A stretch of DNA of 64,000 bases from Octopus bimaculoides (taxonomy: Eukaryota). Below, piece after piece: positions 50,922-62,346 of the stretch (position 1 is the stretch's first letter; every line of letters starts with the position of its first letter). The stretch is from assembly GCF_001194135.2 (NCBI RefSeq), contig NC_068989.1:5005104-5069103 (forward strand), in the 5' to 3' direction. A model generated the notes under the pieces. It was given only the letters and a program-made list of their open reading frames with translations, did no database searches and was not told where the DNA came from. A program made the position numbers and the translations under genes.

Positions 50922-51075
50922 TACATACACATATATATACAATGGGCTTCTTTCAGTTTCCATCTACCAAATCTACTCACAAGACTTTGGTCGGCCCGAG
51001 GCTATAGTAGAAGACACTTGCCCAAGATGCCTGGCTGTGGGACTGAACCCGGGACCATGTGGTTGGTAAGCAAGC
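50660..51075 (-). mobile_element. SINE family A plus a partial tandem copy
   Basis: A full copy at about 50725-51075 is joined at GGCT to a second partial copy at about 50660-50725. Confidence 0.8.
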
Positions 51076-51304
51076 TACAACAACTTTTACTGCAGCTGTT
51101 GTTACTACTACTACTACTATTACCATCATCAGCAGCAATGGAAGGAGTCTATATATAATCTTTCGAGTTATTAGAAATAACAGTCAAACCCCTCAAAAAT
51201 GGGGATATCTTAGATGATGTAGATACAGTCAAGAAAGATGGGATGGTCATGAATGGAATGTCTTTGATCACAAGTTTTCTTGATCAAGAACACTTGGAAC
51301 TAAC

Positions 51305-51509
51305 ATTTACTCTTTTACTTGTTTCAGTCATTTGACTGCGACCATGCTGGAGCACCGCCTTTAGTCGAACAAATCGACCCCAGGACTTTATTCTTTGGAA
51401 GCCTAGTACTTATTCTATCAGTTTCTTTTGCCGAACCTCTAAGTTACGGGGACATAAACACACCACCATCAGTTGTCAAGCGATGTTGGGGGGACAAACA
51501 GACACACAT

Positions 51510-51560
<51 letters not shown>

Positions 51561-51816
51561 TACTACTTGGCAAAATTGTTAATTATTAATTCTATTATTA
51601 ATTGACGATTCCCTGCCCTTATTCTTGTATATTATATATATATACATATATACGACAGGCTTCTTTCAGTTTCCGTCTACCAAATCCACTCACAAGGCTT
51701 TGGTCAGCCCGAGGCCATAGTAGAAGACACTTGCCCAAGGTGCCACGCAGTGGGAGTGAACCCAGAACCATGTGGTTGGTAAGCAAGCTACTTACCACAC
51801 AGCCACTCCTGCACCT
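51305..51816 (-). mobile_element. SINE family A, full length
   Basis: Very close to the family consensus; the head reads aggtgcaggagtggctgtgtggtaagtagc on the minus strand. Confidence 0.9.
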
Positions 51817-52414
51817 ATTTGTACACATTTAACTTCTAGAGAACAGGTAATAAGCTTATTTACTTTAATTTTATTCTTTACTTTACTTTGGAAGTTACCT
51901 GCAGCTAATTAGCATTCTATCCCAAGGTGAGTGATTCTCTCTTCCCCTCAGAATCATGTTAATTGGATTTAAGTACTGTTTCAATGGATGAATCCACTGT
52001 TGATCCTAAAATATCTTTCAACTAGCTTTCTCTCCCCCCTCTCACCATCGCTCATTCTGTCTTCCTTTTTGATCCCCCCCTCAATCTTTCTTGTTCCCTC
52101 TCTCAAGTTATCTCTCTACCTCTCCCTCACCTCAACTGTCTCTTCCCCCCCTCTCTATGTCCTCCTCCTCCTTCATTCCCTCCACCTTCCTTTCTTTCCC
52201 TACATCCATCCAACATGGCTAGTCTATGTATTCCTTCTAATCATTTGAGAAGATACTTGTATTACTATTCAGCTGCCTACTTGCATGTCTTTCTGCCTGT
52301 CTACACCACATTCTCGTACCCACCCCCTCTTCACACACACACGATCACATGACTAGAAACTTCTGGTATTTCGCCTCCTCTCTCTTATTTCCCATTTGTT
52401 AAAACACACAAACA

Positions 52415-52472
<58 letters not shown>

Positions 52473-52745
52473 ATCATTGACCATTTCATGGCATCCTGTT
52501 TCTGCCTCTACCTATCAAGTGATTCTCTCACACTTTCCACCTAATTCTCTCTCTCTCTCTCTATATTCCTCTATGTCACTGACCATTTTATAACATCCTG
52601 TATTTCTCTCTTTACCTCTTGTTTCTCACTCTTTTTAATTCTCTCTCTCTCTTTCTTCTACTTTTTTCTTACCGTGTGGTATAAATTCTCTCTCTTTTCC
52701 TCTCTCCATTTCTCTTCCTCTCTCTCTCTCCATTTCTCTTTTCTT

Positions 52746-52803
<58 letters not shown>

Positions 52804-53890
52804 CGCTCGCGCACACACTTTAAACAGTGACCCACACTACTTAATAACACTTAATATAACTACTTGACCAATTTCTCTCAAGACTGTGTGTGTGTGTCCC
52901 TGTTTTTGCAAGTGTGTTTCTATGTTTTTGCAACTACGTTCACGTGTTTGTTCATCTGTGGCCATATATTTGTGCAACTGTGTGTTCCTGTGTTCGTGTA
53001 TGTATACAAACATGTATGTGTGTATGTACTCAAGTGTATCTGTATAAGTACCTACTTGTCTTTATGGCTTCACCTGAAACAATAGATAGTTATTCTGCCT
53101 GGAGAAGAAATAATGCATACATCTCTCTTCACTCTGCCTTTTAGCTAAATGAATTATATATATATNNNNNNNNNNNNNNNNNNNNNNNNNNNNNNNNNNN
53201 NNNNNNNNNNNNNNNNNNNNNNNNNNNNNNNNNNNNNNNNNNNNNNNNNNNNNNNNNNNNNNNNNNNNNNNNNNNNNNNNNNNNNNNNNNNNNNNNNNNN
53301 NNNNNNNNNNNNNNNNNNNNNNNNNNNNNNNNNNNNNNNNNNNNNNNNNNNNNNNNNNNNNNNNNNNNNNNNNNNNNNNNNNNNNNNNNNNNNNNNNNNN
53401 NNNNNNNNNNNNNNNNNNNNNNNNNNNNNNNNNNNNNNNNNNNNNNNNNNNNNNNNNNNNNNNNNNNNNNNNNNNNNNNNNNNNNNNNNNNNNNNNNNNN
53501 NNNNNNNNNNNNNNNNNNNNNNNNNNNNNNNNNNNNNNNNNNNNNNNNNNNNNNNNNNNNNNNNNNNNNNNNNNNNNNNNNNNNNNNNNNNNNNNNNNNN
53601 NNNNNNNNNNNNNNNNNNNNNNNNNNNNNNNNNNNNNNNNNNNNNNNNNNNNNNNNNNNNNNNNNNNNNNNNNNNNNNNNNNNNNNNNNNNNNNNNNNNN
53701 NNNNNNNNNNNNNNNNNNNNNNNNNNNNNNNNNNNNNNNNNNNNNNNNNNNNNNNNNNNNNNNNNNNNNNNNNNNNNNNNNNNNNNNNNNNNNNNNNNNN
53801 NNNNNNNNNNNNNNNNNNNNNNNNNNNNNNNNNNNNNNNNNNNNNNNNNNNNNNNNNNNNNNNNNNNNNNNNNNNNNNNNNNNNNNNNNT

Positions 53891-54204
53891 GATTAGCCGG
53901 AGATGATTTTTAAAATGAGAATATCTGAAATAAACTCGACTGCTCTCACAAACGAGAATATTAAAAATGAACCCGACTGCTCTCAAAAATTAAGTAAAAA
54001 AAAAACAGGAAAAATAATCCAGAATCCTTTTCCAGCACTGGATTGATCCTAAAATCTAGTCAGTTCATACTTGTTACGAGGCCAAACATTCCTGAAAGTT
54101 TCATCCGAATCCATCCAGTGGTTCTTGTGATAGCTTGTCCACGGACAAACAAACAAACAAACACGACTGAAAACAATACCTCTGCCTTCGCTAAGGTGGA
54201 GGTA
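53891..54204 (+). mobile_element. Helentron-associated (HINE/DINE-1-like) non-autonomous element, 3' part
   Basis: aaagtttcatccgaatcc..gtggttc motif, a (CAAA)n tract and a terminal hairpin ACCTCTGCC-ttcgctaa-GGTGGAGGT at 54178-54203. Confidence 0.55.
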
Positions 54205-54334
54205 AGAATATACAGTACAATACTGTTTCTACTTCGTGAATTTTCACCTGTCGCAGGAGGTTTTGGAATGTAACACCTGCAATAGTCCAGGGATTACTGT
54301 ATAGATACATACACACACACACACACACACATTC

Positions 54335-54705
54335 TTTTATCTTATTCTTTTACTTGTTTCAGTCATTTTGACTGTGGCCATGCTGGAGCACCACTTTTTA
54401 GTCAAAGAAATCGACCCCTGGACTTATTCTGTCAGACTCTTTTTGCTGAACCACTAAGTTATGGGGACATAAACACACCGACATCAGTTGTCAAGTGATG
54501 GTTGGTAGGGGTCAAACACAGACACAAACATATATACATATATATACAACGAGCTTCTTTCAGTTTCTGTCTACCAAATCCACTCACAAGGCTTTGGTCG
54601 GCCCCAGGCTATAGTAGAAGACACTTGAACAAGGTGCCATGCAGTGGAACTGAACCTGGAATCATTTGGTTGAGAAGCAAGCTTCTTACCACACAGCCAC
54701 ATCTG
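54335..54705 (-). mobile_element. SINE family A
   Basis: Reverse complement of the family A blocks. Confidence 0.85.
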
Positions 54706-54969
54706 CATCTATCTTTATATATATATCTTTATATATCTGCATCTATTTTTATATATAAATAGTGATAAAGAATTTGTATTTCAGATTAAAGATGGTGATC
54801 AATTATAAAAACAAAAAACAACGTAGTAGTTTGGCAAAAGAGATCAATAGAACAAGTACCAGACTTATTAAGTACTGTGGTTGATTTGCTTGACTAAACC
54901 ATTTAGGCTGTGTTCCAGTATGACTGGATTTGGTAGATAGAAGCTGAAAGAAGCCTGTTGTGCATGTAT

Positions 54970-55016
<47 letters not shown>

Positions 55017-56224
55017 CGCACGTTAAGTCTTCTTGTTTGGACATCATGTGATAAGTGTGGATGAGCTTGGCCATGGGAAATATTACTTTACCAGGAAACA
55101 GTTTAGGGTTGGTGACAGGAGGGGCATCTGGCCATAGCTCTTCCTCAGAAAATTCCATCAGACTCTGAAAAATGGAGATTAAAACGACAATGCCATTGAT
55201 TATCTATGACTCAATTGCATCTCTACTTTTATTTGGAGGCATTTGTATCACACTTGAAATTGGCTCAATTTGCCTCTAATAAAGAATATTTGTCACCAGA
55301 TCTAAAATTAGCAGCTACTTATTAATGGTCATGAGACAGCGTCTTAACTTGGCTTGATTAAAATAAACTACATGATTACTCTCTCGACCACAAAAGTTGA
55401 TTCATTTGATAAAGAATTCCCTGAAGTGTTCAATGACATTGCTCAAATTATCAATCAACTTTGATGTAAAATCAGTAATAGAACCTTTGAGTTGAATGCT
55501 GTTTCATGTGAGACAAAGTAAAAGCAGAAATTGAATGCTTGATTAAAGGAACTGGTGTGGCTGTGTGGTTAAGAAGTTTGCTTTTCAACCTCATGGTTTG
55601 GAGTTCAGCCTCAACGTGTGGCACCTTTGGCAATTCTCTTCTACTATAACCCCAGGTAGAGCAAAGCTTTGTGAGTAGGCTTGATAAATGAAATCTGAAA
55701 GAAGCAATCATACATACATGTGTATGTGTGTTTGTGTCTTTTTGTCTTGATATCATGTAATTGTTTTAAATGAATGTCGTTCATTTCCTATATTCTGCAA
55801 AAACATGTCTGGCCATGGGGAAATATTACCTTGCTTGAAAACAGGTGAGGATTGATGACAGGAAGGGTATCCAGCTGCAGAAAATCTGCCTCAATAAAAC
55901 TATGTTGGACCCATGCAAGCATAGAAAAGTGAACGTTAAAACGATGATGATGATGATGATGATAAAACTGAACATCATTGAGAGATTGTTACTCCTTAAA
56001 ATAGATTTCCACCATTGATTGCAGTATCAAAGAAAAACCTTAGCTGCATTCATTTGTGTGTGTGGGCCTATGTTGAGCAAATAGAGAAAGAAAAGAACCT
56101 ATTAAGAAAGTACTGGAAAAATTTGAATACATCCTGCCTTTTTTTTCTTTAGAGTTAGCTCTCAATATGGCTTTCTCCTGGGTGGTTAGGTACATCACTG
56201 TGTCATGACAATATTTACTTCTTC

Positions 56225-56445
56225 CAGCAGATTATATTGGTTTCAAATTTTGGCACAAGGCCAGCAAGGTCAAGAAAGGAGTTACATCAATTACAGTGAC
56301 CCCAGTGCCCAACTGGTACTTATTTTATCAACCCCGAAAGGATGAAAGACAAAGTTGACCTCAGCAGAATTTGAACTCAGAGCATAAAGACAGACAAAAT
56401 GCTGCTAAGCATTGTACCCAGCATGCTAACACTTCTGCCAGCAGA
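56225..56445 (-). mobile_element. SINE family B
   Basis: Homologous to 44698-44931. Confidence 0.8.
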
Positions 56446-57189
56446 TTATATTGATACAATTTTTAATGTTAGTGTAAGTGATTTTTGGAATCTCCCCAGC
56501 ATTTGAAGAATTTCAGAGGAAATTATTTGCTGTCTTTTTAAGATATGAACTTAATGTAATCAATATTGCAAATATTATTGTAGTCTATGGCAGGTCGAAA
56601 GAAGAAAAAGAAACAAGACTGTAGCATGACACTGAACCGGGGCAGGAAAATTACATTTAATTGGGTAATAATTACTTCAAGAAATACAAGCACAACATTG
56701 ATTTTCTGGAATCTTTGCCAAAACCATTTTGAATTACTGCTGTTTCCGAATCAGGGGTGGTTACACTCTAAACAAATATTAAATTTACTTAAAATAAGTG
56801 TACCTCTGCATCATCATCATCATTGTTTATTAGTATAAATCGGTAGTTCTCAACTAAGGTCCATATGACCATTGAAGGGGTCCACATAAGGTTTTGTTGT
56901 TAAAATTTATGCTTAACAAACTGGTTATACTTTATAAGATACATAAAATGTTTTAATTTTTTATATGTTTGTGTGTCTGTGTTTGTCCCCCCCCCCCCCA
57001 TCATCACTTGACAACTGATGTCGGTGTATTTACGTCCCTGTAACTTAATGGTTTAGGAAAAGAGACATACATATATACACACACATATATATATATGTAT
57101 AAAAAAGATAATGCAGTGTTTTGAGGGATCTATGACTGCTGTTTCCAGCAGGTTCGGTGACTATGTGGAAGCTCCACTTGTGTACTGTT

Positions 57190-57570
57190 GTTGGTACTCC
57201 GTCGCTTACAACGTCGAGGGTTCCTGTTGATCTGATCAACGGAACAGCTTGCTCATGAAATTAACGTGCAAGTGGTTGAGCACTCCACAGACGCGTGTAA
57301 CCTTAACGTAGTTCTCAGGTATATTCAGCGTGACACAGTGTGACAAGGCTGACCCTTTGAATTACAGGCACAACAGAAACAGGAAGAAAGAGTGAGAGAA
57401 AGTTGTGGTGGAAGAGTACAGCAGGGTTCACCACCATCCCCTGCCGGAGCCTTGTGGAGCTTTAGGTGTTTTCGCTCAATAAACACTTACAACGCCCGGT
57501 CTGGGAATCAAAACCGCGATCCTATAACCGCAAATCCGCTGCCCTAACCACTGGGCCATTGCGCCTCCAC
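57190..57570 (-). mobile_element. SINE family D, full length
   Basis: Head GGCGCAATGGCCCAGTGGTTAGGGCAGCGG..GGTTTTGATTCCCAGACCGGGCG. The body matches 14865-15077. Confidence 0.85.
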
Positions 57571-58016
57571 ACTTGTGTACTAGCAGTGGTTTAAACTGCA
57601 TGGTGGTGTTTGAGATGATGGTGATGTGTTAGATGTAGGGGTGTAACAAGTTTAGTTATGGTGCAGTTGTCGTGAAAAAGAAGATTAAAGAAAGAAAAAA
57701 AAATAAATAAATGGAAAGAAACTTGAATAAGTATGTGGTGCCATTGCAACAAGGGTTGTATATTTACAAGATGTGCTCTATATTACACATGATAGATTGC
57801 ATTTGGTTAGATATATACAGTGATAGTGTGTGACGGGTTTTACAGACTTTGGTTTATAGTTTTGACTTATTTGTGTTGCTGTGGAGTGGGTGAGAGATTT
57901 CTCTTCTCCTGATAGGAATAAATCCTTTATCCACCCTTGCCCAGACCAACACCAACACTCTGAAACTGATACTCCGGAATCTCTACTCCCCCTACCCTCA
58001 CCCTCCATCTTCACTA

Positions 58017-58077
<61 letters not shown>

Positions 58078-58450
58078 GGGAAAAAGATAAACAGCTGTTT
58101 ATGTGAACAATCATGCCACAGTGGTTAAGTTGTACTGGGTGGTGATGGTGGGGTGGTTATGATAAAATGAAAGGTGGAGATTAAAAATAAAATTTTAACA
58201 AATAGAGGAGGAGAGGTGGGCGTGGTAGTATTAGTATGGTTGTTATTGTAAATTTTGTTTTTGTATTTGGCTTGCAAGATTCTTGATGTGAATTCATGTG
58301 TTGAAACAAATCTTACCATGTCTTGGGAGGGTCGTTATAACAACAACAACACACAGATTCAGTTCCACCTCGTTAGTCACTTAGTTATATATCTAACCAA
58401 CCAACTAATCAATTGTTTGTGTAATGTGTTGGTTAAACAATCAATTGGTT

Positions 58451-58673
58451 CATTATTTACATTTGACGGATATTTGTCCTCATCTTGTTTGTTGTTAACA
58501 CAACATTTCGGCTGATATACCCTCCAGCCTTCATCAGGTGTCTTGGGGGAAATTTCAAACCTGGGTTCTCATTCTTAAGGTATTTTTCAATGTTATTATT
58601 ATTCAGTTCACTGACTGGAATCAAACTCGGAATCTTGGGGTTAGTAGCCTGCGCTCTTAACCACTACATCGTA
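58451..58673 (-). mobile_element. tRNA-headed SINE-like element with (AAT)n linker and internal hammerhead
   Basis: Minus strand has an A-box-like GATGTAGTGGTTAAG, a B-box-like GAGTTTGATTCC, an AAT linker, the hammerhead and an AT-rich tail. Confidence 0.75.
58497..58542 (-). ncRNA. Minimal type I hammerhead ribozyme (PLE/retrozyme-type)
   Basis: Minus strand reads GACAC-CTGATGA-A-GGCTG-gagggtatat-CAGCC-GAAA-TG-T-T-GTGTT. Stem I is GACAC/GTGTT and stem II is GGCTG/CAGCC. Stem III is minimal (ATGT; ACGT if a CpG has decayed). Confidence 0.8.
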
Positions 58674-58865
58674 TGAATAATAATAATAATAACATTGAAA
58701 AATACATTAGGAATGAGAACCCAGGTTTGAAATTTCCCCAAGACACCTGATGAAATCTGGAGGGTATATCAGCCGAAATGTGTTAACAACAAACAAGATG
58801 AGAAGAAATATCCGTCAAATGTAAAATAATGTACATAATTCGTCATCTCTTAAATATAGAACTGA
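58674..58865 (+). mobile_element. Headless inverted second copy of the same element, with damaged hammerhead
   Basis: Reverse complement of 58451-58603. CTGATGA (58747) and GAAA are kept, but stem II is ATCTG/CAGCC and 3 nt are deleted after GAAAT. Confidence 0.8.
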
Positions 58866-59161
58866 ATCAATTGATTGTTTGTTAGTTCAAGTTCTTTCAC
58901 TGTTGTTCTCCCCAAACAGGTTGCCTGGACTAGCATGAACTAAAGTGTTTTGACCCAAAACACAATGCACAGTCTAGTCCTGGAATTAAAACTGTGATCT
59001 TGCGATTGAGTGCAAAAGCCTAACCACTGGGCCACATGCCTTCGCTAAAATTGCTCTCCTCAAAATTGCCTGCCTTGTGCAAACTTTTATTATTATTATT
59101 ATCATTATACTGTTTTTTCAACATTTATTTAGTTTTACATTTATTTTTTATTTTATTTTAG

Positions 59162-59841
59162 GTGAAACCAATTCACTTGCCAAAGTCCTAGAGTCACAGG
59201 TTCGAATTCTATGCTGGGTGATGACCAACCCTAATAACATCAGAAAGAAGGCAATACATGTGAATGCAACATGGGGCCGACGTTGCAACATATTGTTGTT
59301 CATGAGTTCTGCCGATGAACCTGTCAACTTGCCGATTGTGAAACTGCCCGTTTCAGAAGGCAGAAACAACCTATGGGCAAAAACTAAGGAAGCATTCAAG
59401 TATGTCTACAAACATCACATGAACAACTATGATTGGTTCTTCAAGGCAGATGATGACACCTATGCTATCATTGAAAACCTGCGGCATCTGCTCAGTGAGC
59501 ATGACCACAACTCACCGATATTCTTTGGACGCAGGTTTAAGCCTTACGTGAAGCAAGGCTACATGAGTGGTGGTGCTGGCTATGTGCTGAGTAAAGAGGC
59601 TGTGCGAAGGTTCATTGAGAATGGACTCAACAATAAGAGTATCTGCCGTTCTGATAACGGTGGGGCTGAGGACGTGGAGATGGGAGCCTGCCTTGAGAGG
59701 GTTGGTGTCAAAGCCGGGGACTCACGGGATATCATGGGACGAGAACGGTTCCACCCTTTTGTACCAGAACATCATCTCATACCAGATATTCTTCCAAGGG
59801 AGATGTGGTACATGAGTTTCAATTTCTACCCTGTAAGGCAG
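59162..59841 (+). CDS. C1GALT1: C1GALT1 coding exon 2: GT31 (Fringe-like) catalytic domain
   Basis: Acceptor ttttattttag|GT and donor CAG|gtaagg (phase 0). Translation has the T-synthase motifs RILCWVMT, TWGRRCN, LWAKTKEAF, DWFFKADDDTY (DxD), GYMSGGAGYVLS, EDVEMG and RERFHPF. Confidence 0.97.
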
Positions 59842-60024
59842 GTAAGGACCATTATTTTTATTAAATTTTTTCATAACTGTTTGTGTTTTTGTATATTAAA
59901 AAAAATGGTACTAAAATCAAGGTTTCAAATGCAAGGCCTCTACCACAATTTTTAAGAAATGTGGTGGAAAACTAGCAGAAGAAGACAGGGATGCTACTCC
60001 CTGAGACCCTTTCGGAGCCCCCTA

Positions 60025-60059
<35 letters not shown>

Positions 60060-60063
<4 letters not shown>

Positions 60064-60498
60064 TCATCATCATTGTTTAACGTCCGCTTTCCATGCTGGC
60101 ATGGGTTAGACGGTTTGACTGAGGACTGCACCAGGCTCAATCTGATCTGGTAAAGTTTCTACAGCTGGATGCCCTTCCTAACACCGAGAGTGTACTGGGT
60201 GCTTTTAGGTGCCACCAGCACGTGGGCTAGTCAGGCGGTTCTGGCAATGACCACGCTCAAAAGGTGTTTTTACGTGCTATCTGCACAGGAGTCAGTCCGG
60301 TGTCACTGGCAATGACCATACTTGAATGTTGTTTTTCATGTGCCAGCAATACATGTGCCGGTAAGGCGACACTGGCAACGATCATGCTCAAATGGTGTTT
60401 TTCATATGTCACCGGCACAGGAGCCAATCCATGGCCCTGGCAACGATCATGCTCAGATGTGTTTTTACCGTTCCACTGGCACGAATGCCAGTCAGGAT
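60060..60498 (-). mobile_element. RTE 3' copy with about 4.5 tandem units of about 65 bp
   Basis: (CAT)n, then tttaacgtccgctttccatgctggcatggg, then repeated gtgttttt..ctggcaa(t/c)ga(c/t)ca.gctc units. Confidence 0.85.
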
Positions 60499-61164
60499 AT
60501 ATATATATATATATATATATGAATACATACATATACACAACATGCTTCTACACAGTTTCTGTCTATCAAATTCACTCGCAACGCATTGTTTGGTCCAAGC
60601 TATAGCAGAAGAAACCTGCCCAAGATGCTGTACAGTGGGCCTGAACCCAGAACCACATAATTACAAAGTGAACTTTGTAGTCACACAACCATAACATGGT
60701 GTAAAAATCAGTGAGTTGACACTTGATTTTTATTTGCAGAAAACATGTAAACTACTTGAAAACACAGGCTTTTTCTTAGTTTTGTATTTCTTTTAAAATT
60801 ACACACAAATCCATTAACATGTCCTCCTCAATCACTGCTCCAGCAATATCTTCCCTGTTATATTTGCCTGGCAAGTCACTTGATTTGATATTATCTGTTT
60901 GTAGTGAATCGATTACATTATAGAAGAAATGTTTTATGATAACTGTGTAAATCTCCCATATATTCTATTTATCTTTTGTTCTGTTTTGCTTTGGTTTATG
61001 ATATATTGTAGTTTTTATCTATTTGTATAATGTCACCTGATTGAAATTTCTATGCAACTAACTGAATTTACTTAGTAGTTGATAAACAAATTTCAAAATC
61101 TCACTATATTGATCATAGTCACTTATTGTAGCAGTGTTAGTTGTTGTATAGTAAAACAAAGCAA

Positions 61165-61420
61165 TGAGCTGGCAGAATTGTTTCTGACTGGAAAAAATAC
61201 TGAGTGGCATTTCATACATCTGTTCTGAGTTCAAATTCTACCAAGATTGACTTTGGCTTTCACCCTTTTGGAGTCAAAGAAATACATACTAATTGAGTAC
61301 TGGGATCGATGTAGTTGACTAGCCCCCTCCCTGAAAATTTCAGGCCTTATGCGTATAATAGAAAGGATTATAAAAGAAAACAAGAATAAAGCATTTAATT
61401 CCAGTTTGTTTGGCACACGC
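61165..61420 (+). mobile_element. SINE family B, diverged
   Basis: Contains gagctggcagaattg..gagttcaaattc..ggctttcacccttttggagtc. Confidence 0.7.
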
Positions 61421-61682
61421 GTAATTTAGGGTCCATACATTAAAGCTACTTTTTTTTTTACCTGACTTTGTTACTCTTTCTCCTTTCTTTCTTCCACCTT
61501 CTCTCCCTTTACCTTTTCCCACCACCACCACCACCACCATCTGTGGGTAAGAAGTTATATATCAACCACCTTAGCCAATCGATGGTCTCAGTTTAACTAT
61601 CCCAAGTTTACCTGGAAGTATTTTTAAAAAAATTTTCAAAATCAAAAAAATATAAACTTTTTTTTTTTAATTAAAAAAAACA

Positions 61683-62261
61683 TTGGATCTTTTTTAAAAC
61701 GGGGGCCACATTTTTCATTAACGAAACACTTTGAAACTTGGAACACTGGTAGAATGTGTCATATAAAACATCTTTTTCTCTTAGTCTTCTTAAAAATAAA
61801 AATAAATCCATAAGTTATTCCATGTTAAAGTTGTCGTATTTCTGTAATTTCAACCAATCACTGACGTCCATTCAACCGATATACATTAAGTGCTGACTAC
61901 ATAAACAAACGATTCTGAAACAATTAACCCTAACCCTAACCATAGGGTTAGGTTTAGGGTTAGGGTTAAAGCAAATTTAAAATGAAAAAAGCAAATAAAA
62001 CGAAGGTATGGAGATTAAATACGCTTTACATCGCTTAATCAGCCAAAGGAGTAAATGTAAACGACTGAATACTTGTCAGTGATTGGTTGAAATTATCGAA
62101 ATAAAACAATTTTTTACATAAAATAAATTCGAATACAAAAATATTTTTCTGTTCTATAACGCAAAATAGATAAGTATACGAAGTTTGAAAGTCTTTCGGT
62201 ACCAAAAACACTACGTAAAACATTAATGAAAAATGTGGCCCCCGTTTTAAAAAAGATCCAA
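61683..62261. mobile_element. Fold-back MITE with 41-bp TIRs and an inverted telomeric-repeat core
   Basis: TIRs match at 40/41 (61683-61723 and 62221-62261). A perfect inner 21-bp IR lies at 61845-61865 and 62075-62095. The centre reads (TAACCC)n then (TTAGGG)n at 61925-61968. Confidence 0.85.
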
Positions 62262-62346
62262 AACATTTTTTTTTTTTTTTTGAAATGTCCCTTTTTTATT
62301 TTGTCTTGTTTTCTTGATGTTGTTTCTCTCTTCTTTCTGTCTGCAG

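Noticed and set aside
60190-60498. CRISPR-like alternation of conserved and variable segments (also 15605-15740)
   Set aside because: The context is eukaryotic, the units are homologous along their whole length, there are no cas genes, and the array belongs to the RTE 3' UTR.
61925-61968. Possible telomere-fusion scar
   Set aside because: The orientation is opposite to a fusion, the tract is very short, and it is enclosed in a MITE.
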